The notes: a model not told the origin generated them from the letters alone. A stretch of DNA of 19,307 nucleotides from a bacterium (GCA_046484135.1 JAWOBU010000246.1:1-19307); one strand, 5' to 3'. Positions 7,095 through 15,746 are shown, counted from the stretch's first letter. Numbers and translations are program-made.

Positions 7095-7210
7095 GTGCGA
7101 CAACATTACTCATGGGGATTTATATATTTGCTTATACTTCTATGCTGTGCCGGCGACTTTATTGGCGATAATTGAAAAGCCGTTCGCACGTATTAGAACA
7201 ACACATCTTT

Positions 7211-7792
7211 TTAAAACGTGAATCCCTCCGGCAGCTCTTGCTCCCTGGTTCCTTCCACCACCCATGCCAGGTCGGTGATGGTGTAGGTGGGCTCCTTGGT
7301 GCGGAAGATTGGCACCACCCTCTGCCCTATCTCTGGGTCTCCCGCCATCTGGTAGCTCTTCAGCATGGTTGCGATTCCGTCAATCTCTATGTCAATGAAC
7401 TTGATGGGGATCTCCAGTGTATTGAAGGCCCCGGTCCGCGAGGTCACGATATAAGAATGTATCCGGGCGGTGTCCCTGGCCCACTGGGTTACGTCCAGCA
7501 CCGTGGCCTTGCGCAGGCAGTCGGGACAGTAAATGCGGAACGGAAGGTGGACGGTCCCTTTGAACTCGCATTTGTCGTTGTCGCAACGGGTCGCGTAGAG
7601 CTTGCTTTCGGCCAGGCCGGCAAAGAGCTGGTACTCGCTTCCATAAGAATGGATGTAGGTCATCTGGCGGGGATTGGTGACCCCGCAGAGCTTACCGTCC
7701 TTCCAGATGGGCTGGTTGGACTCGATCCGGTGAAAATCTCCTTCTATCTTGTACCCTTTTCCTTTGACCCATACTTTCGGCAGTTGTGACAT
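7211..7792 (-). CDS. DUF35-type Zn-ribbon + OB-fold protein (thiolase partner)
   Basis: LYATRCDNDKC...LPFRIYCPDC Zn ribbon followed by an OB-fold-like segment (ARIHSYIV...IGQRVVPIF). Starts 1 nt after the thiolase stop, with SD GGAGG. Confidence 0.88.
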   Translation of the reverse strand: MSQLPKVWVKGKGYKIEGDFHRIESNQPIWKDGKLCGVTNPRQMTYIHSYGSEYQLFAGLAESKLYATRCDNDKCEFKGTVHLPFRIYCPDCLRKATVLDVTQWARDTARIHSYIVTSRTGAFNTLEIPIKFIDIEIDGIATMLKSYQMAGDPEIGQRVVPIFRTKEPTYTITDLAWVVEGTREQELPEGFTF

Positions 7793-7793
7793 C

Positions 7794-9218
7794 TTACTTA
7801 CCTCCTTCCAACAGGTGATCGGGATGGGCCAGGATGGTGGCGGTTACGTGGGACCCCACCCCGGCATGGCTGATGGCCAGGGTCCGTTTGGCGTTCTTGA
7901 CCTGCAGGTCTTCCCAGTCGTCCGGCTTCTTCTTGCCGAACTCCTCCCACCGCTTGGGGTCTCCGTGGACTTCACCGTGCCTGCCCCATATCTGTAGCAT
8001 GCACTCCACGGTCTGCATGATGCCGGTGGCCCCTACCGCGTGCATACATCCTAAGAGACCTCCGCACAGGTTGCTCGGCAGCCTGCCCTGCTCGCCGGTC
8101 TTGGGGTTCGTGAGATAGCAGTCGCCCGACTCCACGTAGTCCCGGCCTTCGCCGTAAGGACGGATGCCGATGTCTTCGTAGGTCTGGATGTCGGAGATGG
8201 TAAAGGCGTCATGCAGCTCGACCATGTCCAGGTCTTCGCAAGGATCGGTTATGCCGGCCATGCGATAGGCGTACCAGGCGGCCATCCTGGCGGCCAGAAA
8301 GCCGGTAAAGCCGGGGTAACGGTCGCCGCCCGGGAAGCGCTCTCCCAGGTCTTTGTACTGGTCTTCCGACTCGTTCGGCAAAAGCGGGATGTCCATGTCC
8401 CGGCGGTCCGCCACCCGCAGGGTGTGCGAGCCCGCGGTCACGTAAAGCCGGAGAGGATTATCACACATCTTGAAGGCGGTTTCTTCGTCCGCCAAAACTA
8501 CACAGGAGGCGCCCACGCTCATCAGGCAGCAGTCCAGTGCCAACAGCGGATGGGCCACCACCGGCGAGTTCAAGACGTCCTCCACCGTGATCTTGAAGCC
8601 CGCCTGGGCGAACGGGTTGTGGTAGGCGTACCCGTGGTTTTTCACCGATATCTCGGCCATGGTCTTTCGGAACGATTCTTCGCTTTTTCCGAAAATCTGC
8701 CAGTAGCGCTGGGCCATGGTGGCGTAATAGCCGGTGTAGATGTGGCCAAGCGGCGTCTCCCAGTCCTTGTCAGCGGCGCAGGAGATAAGGTGGTTCCCCT
8801 CGTCGGTGGGGACCTCGTCCATCCTCTCCCACCCCATGGTCAGAACGCAGTCCGAGTAGCCGGAAGCCACCGCCTTGGCGGCTTCCCAGATGGCGGACCC
8901 GCCGGTGGCGCCGCCGGTCTTGATGCCCACGTTGCCCAAGGGATCGAGACCGAGCCGGTCGTGGATCACCGCCTCGCCTAAAAGCTGGTCCCCGAAGTGG
9001 TCCGCAAAGTGGCCGTAGTAACACGAGTGGATGTAGCTTTTAAGCTCGGACGGCTCCATGTCCACCAGGTCCGAGGCCATGGTCAAAGCGTCAATGCAAA
9101 GCTCCTCGGTCCGCTTCTCCGGAAACGCCCGCCCAAACTGGGACATGCCGCCGGTTACCAGATATACCGGCCGCGTAAAATTCGGCACTTTGAGCTGCTG
9201 TTTGCTGAACTTAATCAT
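7794..9218 (-). CDS. SCP2-type thiolase-fold protein lacking the canonical nucleophilic Cys
   Basis: VKNH..A..NPFAQ, DCCLMSVGA, ELHDAF (SCP2-thiolase HDxF) and GGLLGCMHAVGATG. The N-terminal CxS/CxT loop reads IKTGGATGG (Gly103 in place of Cys). Confidence 0.9.
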   Translation of the reverse strand: MIKFSKQQLKVPNFTRPVYLVTGGMSQFGRAFPEKRTEELCIDALTMASDLVDMEPSELKSYIHSCYYGHFADHFGDQLLGEAVIHDRLGLDPLGNVGIKTGGATGGSAIWEAAKAVASGYSDCVLTMGWERMDEVPTDEGNHLISCAADKDWETPLGHIYTGYYATMAQRYWQIFGKSEESFRKTMAEISVKNHGYAYHNPFAQAGFKITVEDVLNSPVVAHPLLALDCCLMSVGASCVVLADEETAFKMCDNPLRLYVTAGSHTLRVADRRDMDIPLLPNESEDQYKDLGERFPGGDRYPGFTGFLAARMAAWYAYRMAGITDPCEDLDMVELHDAFTISDIQTYEDIGIRPYGEGRDYVESGDCYLTNPKTGEQGRLPSNLCGGLLGCMHAVGATGIMQTVECMLQIWGRHGEVHGDPKRWEEFGKKKPDDWEDLQVKNAKRTLAISHAGVGSHVTATILAHPDHLLEGGK

Positions 9219-9287
9219 GGATTTTATACCCTCCTTCTCTTTATTGGTCTACTTTTACAACGCCGGTTGAACAAGGAGCCGGGCTTT

Positions 9288-9689
9288 TTATTTCCTGGGT
9301 TTCAGGTTTTCCCGGCCCCACTCCACTATGTCGTTGACAAGAGTCCCCGGAAGGAACACCTCTTTTACGCCTTCTTTTTTCAAAGGGGGGATGTCCTCTT
9401 CCGGAATGATGCCGCCGCCGAAAACCGTGATCTCGGAAAGACCGTTCTCTTTAAGGCCCTTGATCACGGCAGGGAACAGGGTCAGGTGGGCGCCCGAAAG
9501 AACGGACAATCCCACCGCGTCCACGTCCTCCTGTACAGCGGCCTCCACTATCATCTCCGGCGTCTGGTGCAGGCCGCTGTAAATGACCTCGAAACCCGCG
9601 TCCCGCAATGTCCGCGCCACTATCTTGGCGCCCCGGTCGTGGCCGTCCAGACCGGGCTTGGCTATGAGGACCCTTGTCTTTCGTTCCAT
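9288..9689 (-). CDS. Cobalamin-binding small subunit of an acyl-CoA mutase (methylmalonyl-/isobutyryl-CoA mutase C-terminal-domain type)
   Basis: [13 protein letters not shown] (DxHxxG base-off motif), [17 protein letters not shown] and VFLPGT; 133 aa stand-alone protein. Confidence 0.93.
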   Translation of the reverse strand: MERKTRVLIAKPGLDGHDRGAKIVARTLRDAGFEVIYSGLHQTPEMIVEAAVQEDVDAVGLSVLSGAHLTLFPAVIKGLKENGLSEITVFGGGIIPEEDIPPLKKEGVKEVFLPGTLVNDIVEWGRENLKPRK

Positions 9690-9736
9690 CTTTTCCTTGC
9701 TCTTGCCGCTTTTCGGTATCCGTTACTAAAGAAAAA

Positions 9737-9766
9737 ACTATATCATGCACTTTCCAAAAATTGCAA
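9737..9766 (-). promoter_or_regulatory. Sigma70-like promoter with extended -10, upstream of the B12-binding subunit gene
   Basis: Minus strand TTGCAA (9766-9761), 18-nt spacer ending TGA, TATAGT (9742-9737), giving TGnTATAGT, in an AT-rich intergenic gap. Confidence 0.55.
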
Positions 9767-9806
9767 AAGAAACGATATAGAAAAAAAGCTGTAAAAGGAT
9801 GCGGGC

Positions 9807-11387
9807 TTACTGATTGTACTTCACCAGCCTGGTGGCGGGCTGGATGGCGTCGCCGAACAGGCGGTTGCGGGCTTCCCGTATCCGGCCGGTGGCATGGAAG
9901 CCCCGCCCGACAGCCCTTTCAAACGCGGTGGCGGACCCGAAGGAGGACTCGATCTTGTGGCGGACCTCTCTTACCATGTCCTTCATGTCACCGCGGGCCA
10001 AGTGCTCCATGGCAAGAAGCAATGCCCGGTACTTCCACACGTTCTGTTCAAACGCCCGGGCCCGGCCTTGAAGAACAGCATCGCCCGAGTCCTTCAGGTT
10101 CCGCCATCCCCGGTACTCGACCTCGATCAGCCTCATGATGGAAGGACCCAGCTCGGTGAAATCACGCGTGTAAGCGTAGTCCTGGAGCTCCTTGGCCTCC
10201 TGCAGCGTGAACTCCGGATGCACGAACCACGGTTGCTTGAAAGCGTGCCACTCCTCGTAAGGAATGGATTCCAGGATGCGTCCCTCTTCCCGGAGGCGCT
10301 CGTACAAAGGAGTGCCCGGCACCGGCGCCAAGTGGGAAAACTGGCTGAACACCGGCCGGCAGGCAAGATGGTCCTCGATGTCCTCCTTTACGTTCTCGCG
10401 CGTGTGCTCGTCCAAAAGAAGAATCGAGCTCAAAACCGTCTTTATGCCGTAACTGTGAAGCTCGTCCACCAGCTCCTTTATATCAAGACCCGCGTTCTTG
10501 CGGTAGTCCGAGAGCTTGCTCTCCCGGCCGAGCCACAAAAGCCCGGCCCCCATCTGCGCGAGCTTCTCCACCCCGAACTCCTTCACCCGGTCCGCGGAAC
10601 CGAAAAGAAAGATGTTGAAGACCTTGCCCGACTCGACCACGCAGCGCCTAAGCTCCTCCGCTCGCTTCATGTCCAGAAAAAAGTTGTCGTCCCCGATAAA
10701 GCTGATCAGGTTCGAGCCGTAGAGCTTCTCGACCCGCAACATCTCATCGAAAAGCTCCCGGCCGCTCTCGATGAGCTTTATGTGCCGCCGTCCGAAGAAA
10801 TGACTCGGCGAGCAGAAGTCGCACCCGTAAGAACAGCCCAGCCCCACGCAGATGTGGGCGTGCCTGGCGCCCGGTATGGGCATGCCCAGAATCTCCCGGT
10901 CCTGGTGGAACACGTCCGGGTTCTTGAACTTGAACTCGGCCGGCAGGCCCAGAAGATCGCGCATGAACGATATCCCTTCCCCCACGCAGACGTAATCCAC
11001 GTCCATGATCTCCCGGACCTGGGGGGCATTGGCGCAGAAGCCGCCCAGCACAATGGTCGAGCGGGGAGAAAGCTTCCGGGCCTCCTCCACCATCCTTTTC
11101 ACCTTCTGGAAGTTGGGAATGATCGATCCGATCCCGATTATGTCATAGCCTTTTTTCACCTCACGTCTGAAGCGCGACAGGGTCGGGAAGTCAAGGACCG
11201 TGGTGGGGGTCTCTATGTTGTTGGCGATGGCGTGCAGGCCGTAAGAGTTCATGAAAAGACGCATGGAAAAAACGCCCTGGTACTTGGAAAGCTGGTTGTG
11301 GTGGAGCTCGATCTTGGAGTCAACGCGGCTGTAGACACTGTCCACGCCGAAGGGCTTGAACACCGAAGATAAAAGTATGCGGGGCAT
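9807..11387 (-). CDS. Radical SAM protein with a B12-binding-like N-terminal domain
   Basis: YDIIGIGS, IVLGGFCA and VCVGEGI (cobalamin-binding-like); GCSYGCDFC CxxxCxxC; IGDDNFF; PVPGTPLY. Confidence 0.88.
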   Translation of the reverse strand: MPRILLSSVFKPFGVDSVYSRVDSKIELHHNQLSKYQGVFSMRLFMNSYGLHAIANNIETPTTVLDFPTLSRFRREVKKGYDIIGIGSIIPNFQKVKRMVEEARKLSPRSTIVLGGFCANAPQVREIMDVDYVCVGEGISFMRDLLGLPAEFKFKNPDVFHQDREILGMPIPGARHAHICVGLGCSYGCDFCSPSHFFGRRHIKLIESGRELFDEMLRVEKLYGSNLISFIGDDNFFLDMKRAEELRRCVVESGKVFNIFLFGSADRVKEFGVEKLAQMGAGLLWLGRESKLSDYRKNAGLDIKELVDELHSYGIKTVLSSILLLDEHTRENVKEDIEDHLACRPVFSQFSHLAPVPGTPLYERLREEGRILESIPYEEWHAFKQPWFVHPEFTLQEAKELQDYAYTRDFTELGPSIMRLIEVEYRGWRNLKDSGDAVLQGRARAFEQNVWKYRALLLAMEHLARGDMKDMVREVRHKIESSFGSATAFERAVGRGFHATGRIREARNRLFGDAIQPATRLVKYNQ

Positions 11388-11476
11388 CTTTTCGATTTTA
11401 GCTCAGCACTCCGGAACGGGCAAACGCCTGTCCTCGAGCGGACGCCGGTCTTTTGTTGCACGAAAAACGGAATAAT

Positions 11477-11507
11477 CCGCGAAAGTCGCGGCTAAAGCCG
11501 CTCGCAC
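11477..11507 (-). repeat. Degenerate REP copy with a remnant of an inverted partner
   Basis: Minus strand 11507-11486 reads GTGCGAGCGGCTTTAGCCGCGA (GT-GC-GA, stem GCGGCT/AGCCGC, GA). CCGCGA (11477-11482) pairs with TCGCGG across a 3-nt spacer, as in the 1053-1103 doublet. Confidence 0.55.
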
Positions 11508-11543
11508 GGCTCTCTTGTTCCAGCAAAAACGCTTGACAGGACG

Positions 11544-11783
11544 CTACCCTCCGGCGATGGGAGGAAAGACACTCAGAACGTCTCCCTCGGAAAGCACCGT
11601 GTCATAACCTGCATGGCGGGAGTTCAAAAGCAGCACCAGCTTGATATCCTCTGGAACGCCCAGACGGGAAAGTGCGCCTTTTACGGTGTCCCCTTCCGGG
11701 AGGGACAGCTCGCAGGCCCCGTCCCGGCTCCCCTCCGGCAGGTGCTCCCGAAGGCTCGCGAAAAGCTTGACTGTTACCTTCAT
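11544..11783 (-). CDS. moaD: MoaD/ThiS family sulfur-carrier protein (79 aa)
   Basis: MKVTVKLFASLRE...LSEGDVLSVFPPIAGG, a beta-grasp protein ending in GG. Start moved from the track's 11885 (inside AOR) to ATG 11783. Directly downstream of AOR. Confidence 0.85.
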   Translation of the reverse strand: MKVTVKLFASLREHLPEGSRDGACELSLPEGDTVKGALSRLGVPEDIKLVLLLNSRHAGYDTVLSEGDVLSVFPPIAGG

Positions 11784-11805
11784 CAGGCGGATAAAAACAT
11801 GTTTC

Positions 11806-13539
11806 TCAGTAAGAGTGGACCCCGTCCAGGTCCTCGTCCGGCACATCGAACACCGTGTCGTGGGGCGCAAGCTTTTCTTTAACAAAGAACTCGGGCAGCC
11901 GGTCGTGCTCTTTGGTAAAGCCGGCCCGCCGGTTAAAGTCGAGCTCGGCTTTGAGAATGCCCTCTCCGTACTTGTTCACCGCGTCCATGTCCAGGTCCCA
12001 TCCGTAGCGCGCGTTTATCATCTCAGGCACTGCGTTCAGCCCATCCGGGTTGTCGAGCACGGCAAAGGAGATGAACACGCAGAGCCCGGCCGCGTCAATG
12101 GCCGCGGTCGCCACCTGGAGATTCCGGGACAGCTCCGCCTGTCCTTCCGGCTGGAGCGGGTCCACGAAGCCTCCCACCCGCATGATATTGGTCGCTACCG
12201 CGTAACCCGCGGTATGGTCCGCGCCCATGGGCGTGGTGGCATAGGTTACGCCTACCCCTTTTACCGCCCGGGGATCGTAAGCCGGCATGCTCTGTCTTTT
12301 TACCACCGGCACGCGGCTTACTCCGAAAGCCTGGCCGGTTACCGCGGCGCCGTTGCCGATGATTCTTCCCAGGTTGGTTCCGTTGCCGGCTTCGTGGACA
12401 AGCTCGATCGCTCCTTCTGCGTCGCCGAAGCTCTCGATCCCTGCGGCCATGGCCACTCCTATGGCACAGCCCATCTCGATGGTGTCGAGGCCGTAGTCGT
12501 CGCACAGCCGGTCTATCTTTGCGATGGCGTCCAGGTCGTCAATCTCGAGGTTGGCCCCGTTTGCCCACACTGTCTCGTACTCGAGGGCAGAGGTTACATA
12601 GTTCTGGTTCTCGTCCACGAACACGTTCGAGCACTGGATGATACAGTTGCTGCAGCCGTTGTGGGTGGTTTCTCCTCCGCGCTTCTTAATAAGGTCGTGG
12701 AGGGCCTCGCCGGATATCTTGCCCGCGCCTTCAAACTTGCCCCTCGTGAAGTTGCGGGTCGGAAAACCGCCGGCCTCGTTTATCACGTTCACCAGCACGT
12801 TGGTCCCGAAAGTGGCCAGGCCGCCTCCCGACTTGGTCACCGGATGACTCCGAATGGCCTCGCGGAACCTGCCCGCGGCCTGTTTGAACGCGTCTTTGTC
12901 AGCATACTCGATGGCCGCCGCGTCCTTGTCGTCCACCACCACCGCCTTGAGCCCCTTCGAGCCCATGACAGCGCCGAGTCCGCCCCTGCCGGCGTGGCGG
13001 GCCGGGTTCCCGGAGAGATCGGTAACCGCGATGGATGCCGCGGAGAGCTTGAACTCGCCCGCGGTGCCGATGGACACTACTGCGGCTTTGTTCGGGTGCT
13101 TCTTTCTCAGCTTCTCCACCAGTTCATAGTTCTTGAGTCCCTTGAGATTGTCCGCGGCCGCAAGCCTTGCGCCTTCCTTGTCTATTACCAGGTAATGGGG
13201 CTTGTCGCCTTCCGGCATGCCTTCCACTATGATGCCGGAGACGCCGAGGCGGGCCAGTTTCTGTGCCGCGGTCCCGCCCACGTTCGATTCCTTGATGCCG
13301 CCGGTGAGGGGGCTCTTGCCGCCTATGGAAAGCCTGCCGGAGTTGGCCGCACTGGTCCCGGAAAGAAGCCCTGGAGATATCACCAGCTTATTGGAGGCGC
13401 CCAGCGCATGGCACAAAGGAGGGACCTCGCGGGATACAACCATGGAAGTGAACCCCCGGCCGCCGTAGCCCTCGTAATCCTTGTTGTCCTCCTCGTGTAC
13501 CGACAAATCCGACATGTTGATCCGAAGAATCTTGCCCAT
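11806..13539 (-). CDS. aor: Aldehyde:ferredoxin oxidoreductase (W/Mo-pterin AOR family)
   Basis: KSPLTGGIKESNVGG, GRGGLGAVMGSKGLKA, CSNCIIQC (Fe-S), EYET, CDDYGLDTIEMG, YDPR, GADHT and DAAGLC; SD AAGGAGG. Confidence 0.95.
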   Translation of the reverse strand: MGKILRINMSDLSVHEEDNKDYEGYGGRGFTSMVVSREVPPLCHALGASNKLVISPGLLSGTSAANSGRLSIGGKSPLTGGIKESNVGGTAAQKLARLGVSGIIVEGMPEGDKPHYLVIDKEGARLAAADNLKGLKNYELVEKLRKKHPNKAAVVSIGTAGEFKLSAASIAVTDLSGNPARHAGRGGLGAVMGSKGLKAVVVDDKDAAAIEYADKDAFKQAAGRFREAIRSHPVTKSGGGLATFGTNVLVNVINEAGGFPTRNFTRGKFEGAGKISGEALHDLIKKRGGETTHNGCSNCIIQCSNVFVDENQNYVTSALEYETVWANGANLEIDDLDAIAKIDRLCDDYGLDTIEMGCAIGVAMAAGIESFGDAEGAIELVHEAGNGTNLGRIIGNGAAVTGQAFGVSRVPVVKRQSMPAYDPRAVKGVGVTYATTPMGADHTAGYAVATNIMRVGGFVDPLQPEGQAELSRNLQVATAAIDAAGLCVFISFAVLDNPDGLNAVPEMINARYGWDLDMDAVNKYGEGILKAELDFNRRAGFTKEHDRLPEFFVKEKLAPHDTVFDVPDEDLDGVHSY

Positions 13540-13685
13540 CTTGTTCGCCTCCTTTGACTCCGGTCGGCCCTCTGAAAATTAATAGAAACCCTTTACCTCT
13601 TATGAGTAATGTTTAACAGTGCGAAAGGATTGTCAAGGTTTCTTCTCGATTTTATGTGTGTCAACATAGCCGGTGCACGGTTTTT

Positions 13686-14690
13686 TCAAAGCTTCACCGC
13701 TTGTCCGTTCCGGGAGGATTTATAGGCCGCTTCCACGATCTTCATTACTGCCTGTCCTTCTTCCAGCCCGGGCGAAGGGGTCTTTCTCTTTCGGACACAG
13801 TCCAGGAAGTGGAGCATCTGGCGGTCGTACATTCCCTGGTCGCAGTGCTCCTCTCTCTCGGGCATGGGGGGCACGAACTTGCCGGCATGTCCCTCCACGC
13901 TGAGATTGAGCTCGGTGGGGAACAGGCTTGCGTACCCCTTGGTGCAGAAGAGCCGGGTGGCTGCCTCCGGCCCGTCCGCGTGGGGCTGCCACCATCCGCT
14001 TTCCACCATCGAGGTCGCACCGTTTTGCCAGGTAATCATGAGCACCGCGGTGTCGTCCACGTTGTAGCTGCCGTAAAAGGCCCCGGTCATGGCGTAGACC
14101 CGCTTGGGCTTGGGGTCCCCCATGATGTAGCGCGCCGTGTCTATGGCGTGTACTCCCATGTCCGGCAGAGAGCCTCCGCCCGCCAGCTTCCGGTCCACGA
14201 ACCATCCCGGCGGGCCCCAGTTCACGTGGATGCCGTACCCCTTGGTCTTGACCACTTCGCCCAGGCGGCCGCTCTTTATCACGTTCCGGATGTAGCAGAC
14301 CTCGTTGTCAAAACGCCACATGTGGCCCGTCATGGCCACCCGTTTATGCTTTTTCGCCGCACTGATGATCTTGTTTCCCTCTGTCACGGTCATGGCCAGC
14401 GGCTTTTCTATGAGCACGTCCTTGCCGCCTTCCATCATGGCGATCGAGTAGGGAGCGTGGTACTTGTTGGGTATGCCGATTATGACCGCGTCCACGTCGT
14501 CCCGGCGCGCCAGGCTGTGGGCCTTGATCGTCCAGTGCGGCGCCCCGTACCTTTGTGCAAAGTCGCGCGAGGACTCGCGGGTCCTGCCGCAGGCCGCAAC
14601 GATCTCGGCGCCGCCCACGTTCCGGATGGCCTGCGCGTGATAGTCGCCTATAAAGCCGGTGCCTACGATAGCCACTCTTACCTTTTTCAT
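13686..14690 (-). CDS. Gfo/Idh/MocA family NAD(P)-dependent oxidoreductase
   Basis: VAIVGTGFIG Rossmann motif, DVLIEKPLA, GHMWRF and GGGSLPDMGVHAID; SD AAGGAGG. Confidence 0.93.
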   Translation of the reverse strand: MKKVRVAIVGTGFIGDYHAQAIRNVGGAEIVAACGRTRESSRDFAQRYGAPHWTIKAHSLARRDDVDAVIIGIPNKYHAPYSIAMMEGGKDVLIEKPLAMTVTEGNKIISAAKKHKRVAMTGHMWRFDNEVCYIRNVIKSGRLGEVVKTKGYGIHVNWGPPGWFVDRKLAGGGSLPDMGVHAIDTARYIMGDPKPKRVYAMTGAFYGSYNVDDTAVLMITWQNGATSMVESGWWQPHADGPEAATRLFCTKGYASLFPTELNLSVEGHAGKFVPPMPEREEHCDQGMYDRQMLHFLDCVRKRKTPSPGLEEGQAVMKIVEAAYKSSRNGQAVKL

Positions 14691-14729
14691 AAGACCCCTC
14701 CTTGCTTTTTACTCGACCGGTCTCGGCCT

Positions 14730-15734
14730 TTATAGTTCGCTTTCCAGAAGCGAGACGTGCCGGGCGATATCTTTCCTTGCCTTGTCTTCCACTTCCGCCG
14801 GAGTCCGGCCCAACAGCCGGTCCAGCGCCAGCAGTACGCCTCCCAAGAGCGGATGGTCGGAAAGCACCTGGAACCTCACTTTCGGGAACTCCTCGGTTAC
14901 CAGCTCTTTTACCGTGTTTATAAGCACCGGGCTCTCCCCCTTCTGAAGAACGCTTCCGCCCAGCACCAGCGGGACCTCTTCGGCCGGAGAAAAAAGACCG
15001 CGCATTACAGCGAGCGCGGCCTCTGCCGCGGCCCTGCCGTGGGAATCGAGCACGGACACCGCGGCCGGGTCTCCTTCTTTCGCCGCCTGAAAGACCAAGG
15101 GCGCCAGGCCGGTAAAGTCGGCCTCAAGCGGCGCGTCCGCAAAGTCGGCCTCGATCACGTCCTCGATCGCGTCCAGCCCGAGCGCGTCTTTAAAAAGACC
15201 TTCCAACGCGGTAGGAGAAGCGCGACCGTCCCTGCCTTTCATGGCCGCCACTATGGCGTCATGGACCAGTGCGGACGCGTTCGCCTTGTCTCCGGTGAGT
15301 GGACCCAGCCCCCATGCTTTCTTGATGCTACCGTCCCTGCCCTGGCCGATGCAGTTGGAGCCGGCCCCGCCGATCAGAGCCACGCCTGTGCCGTCCTTGG
15401 TACCGGCGCGGAGCGCAAGCTGGGTGTCGTTCACCAGGATCATGTCCGGCGCCGGGTTCAGCGGCTTTAAAATCTCTCTTATGACCTCGAAGTCCTTGTC
15501 CCGGTCTGCGCCCGCGATGCCGTAGCAGGCGGCGTGCACGGTCTTCACTTCCGCTTTGTCGAGGGAGGAGCCTATGGCGCGGGAGAGGACCTTCGAAGCA
15601 TTACGCCTGCCGATCCCCTGGTAATTGGACCCGCTCTCCCGCACCAGGGAGAGGAGCTCTCCTTTGTCGCTCATCACCGCGGCGAGCGTCTTCGAGTTCC
15701 CGCCGTCCACCGCCAGCACGTGGTTTGTGCTCAT
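14730..15734 (-). CDS. BadF/BadG/BcrA/BcrD-type (ASKHA) sugar kinase, GlcNAc-kinase-like
   Basis: LAVDGGNSKT phosphate-1 motif, GIAGAD, LVNDT, ALIGGAGSNCIG, LAPLVFQAA..GD and LVLGGSV. Confidence 0.88.
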   Translation of the reverse strand: MSTNHVLAVDGGNSKTLAAVMSDKGELLSLVRESGSNYQGIGRRNASKVLSRAIGSSLDKAEVKTVHAACYGIAGADRDKDFEVIREILKPLNPAPDMILVNDTQLALRAGTKDGTGVALIGGAGSNCIGQGRDGSIKKAWGLGPLTGDKANASALVHDAIVAAMKGRDGRASPTALEGLFKDALGLDAIEDVIEADFADAPLEADFTGLAPLVFQAAKEGDPAAVSVLDSHGRAAAEAALAVMRGLFSPAEEVPLVLGGSVLQKGESPVLINTVKELVTEEFPKVRFQVLSDHPLLGGVLLALDRLLGRTPAEVEDKARKDIARHVSLLESEL

Positions 15735-15746
15735 GCAGCCATGCCT

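Noticed and set aside
9690..9806. Possible cobalamin riboswitch ahead of the B12-binding genes (also 5955-6059 and 11388-11543)
   Set aside because: Spacers are short and show no recognisable B12-box or core elements.
11533..11538. Plus-strand TTGACA pointing antisense into moaD/aor
   Set aside because: No plausible -10 at the proper spacing.
11641..13557. 638-aa plus-strand ORF, and similar long plus ORFs (9894-11372, 15534-16889, 6105-7175, 13656-14735, 3225-4127)
   Set aside because: Antisense shadows of well-supported minus-strand genes, expected in GC-rich DNA; no family motifs.
13540..13685. Possible Moco/Wco riboswitch upstream of AOR
   Set aside because: AT-rich and promoter-like; I could not find the multi-stem structure. 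An Rfam cmscan would settle it.
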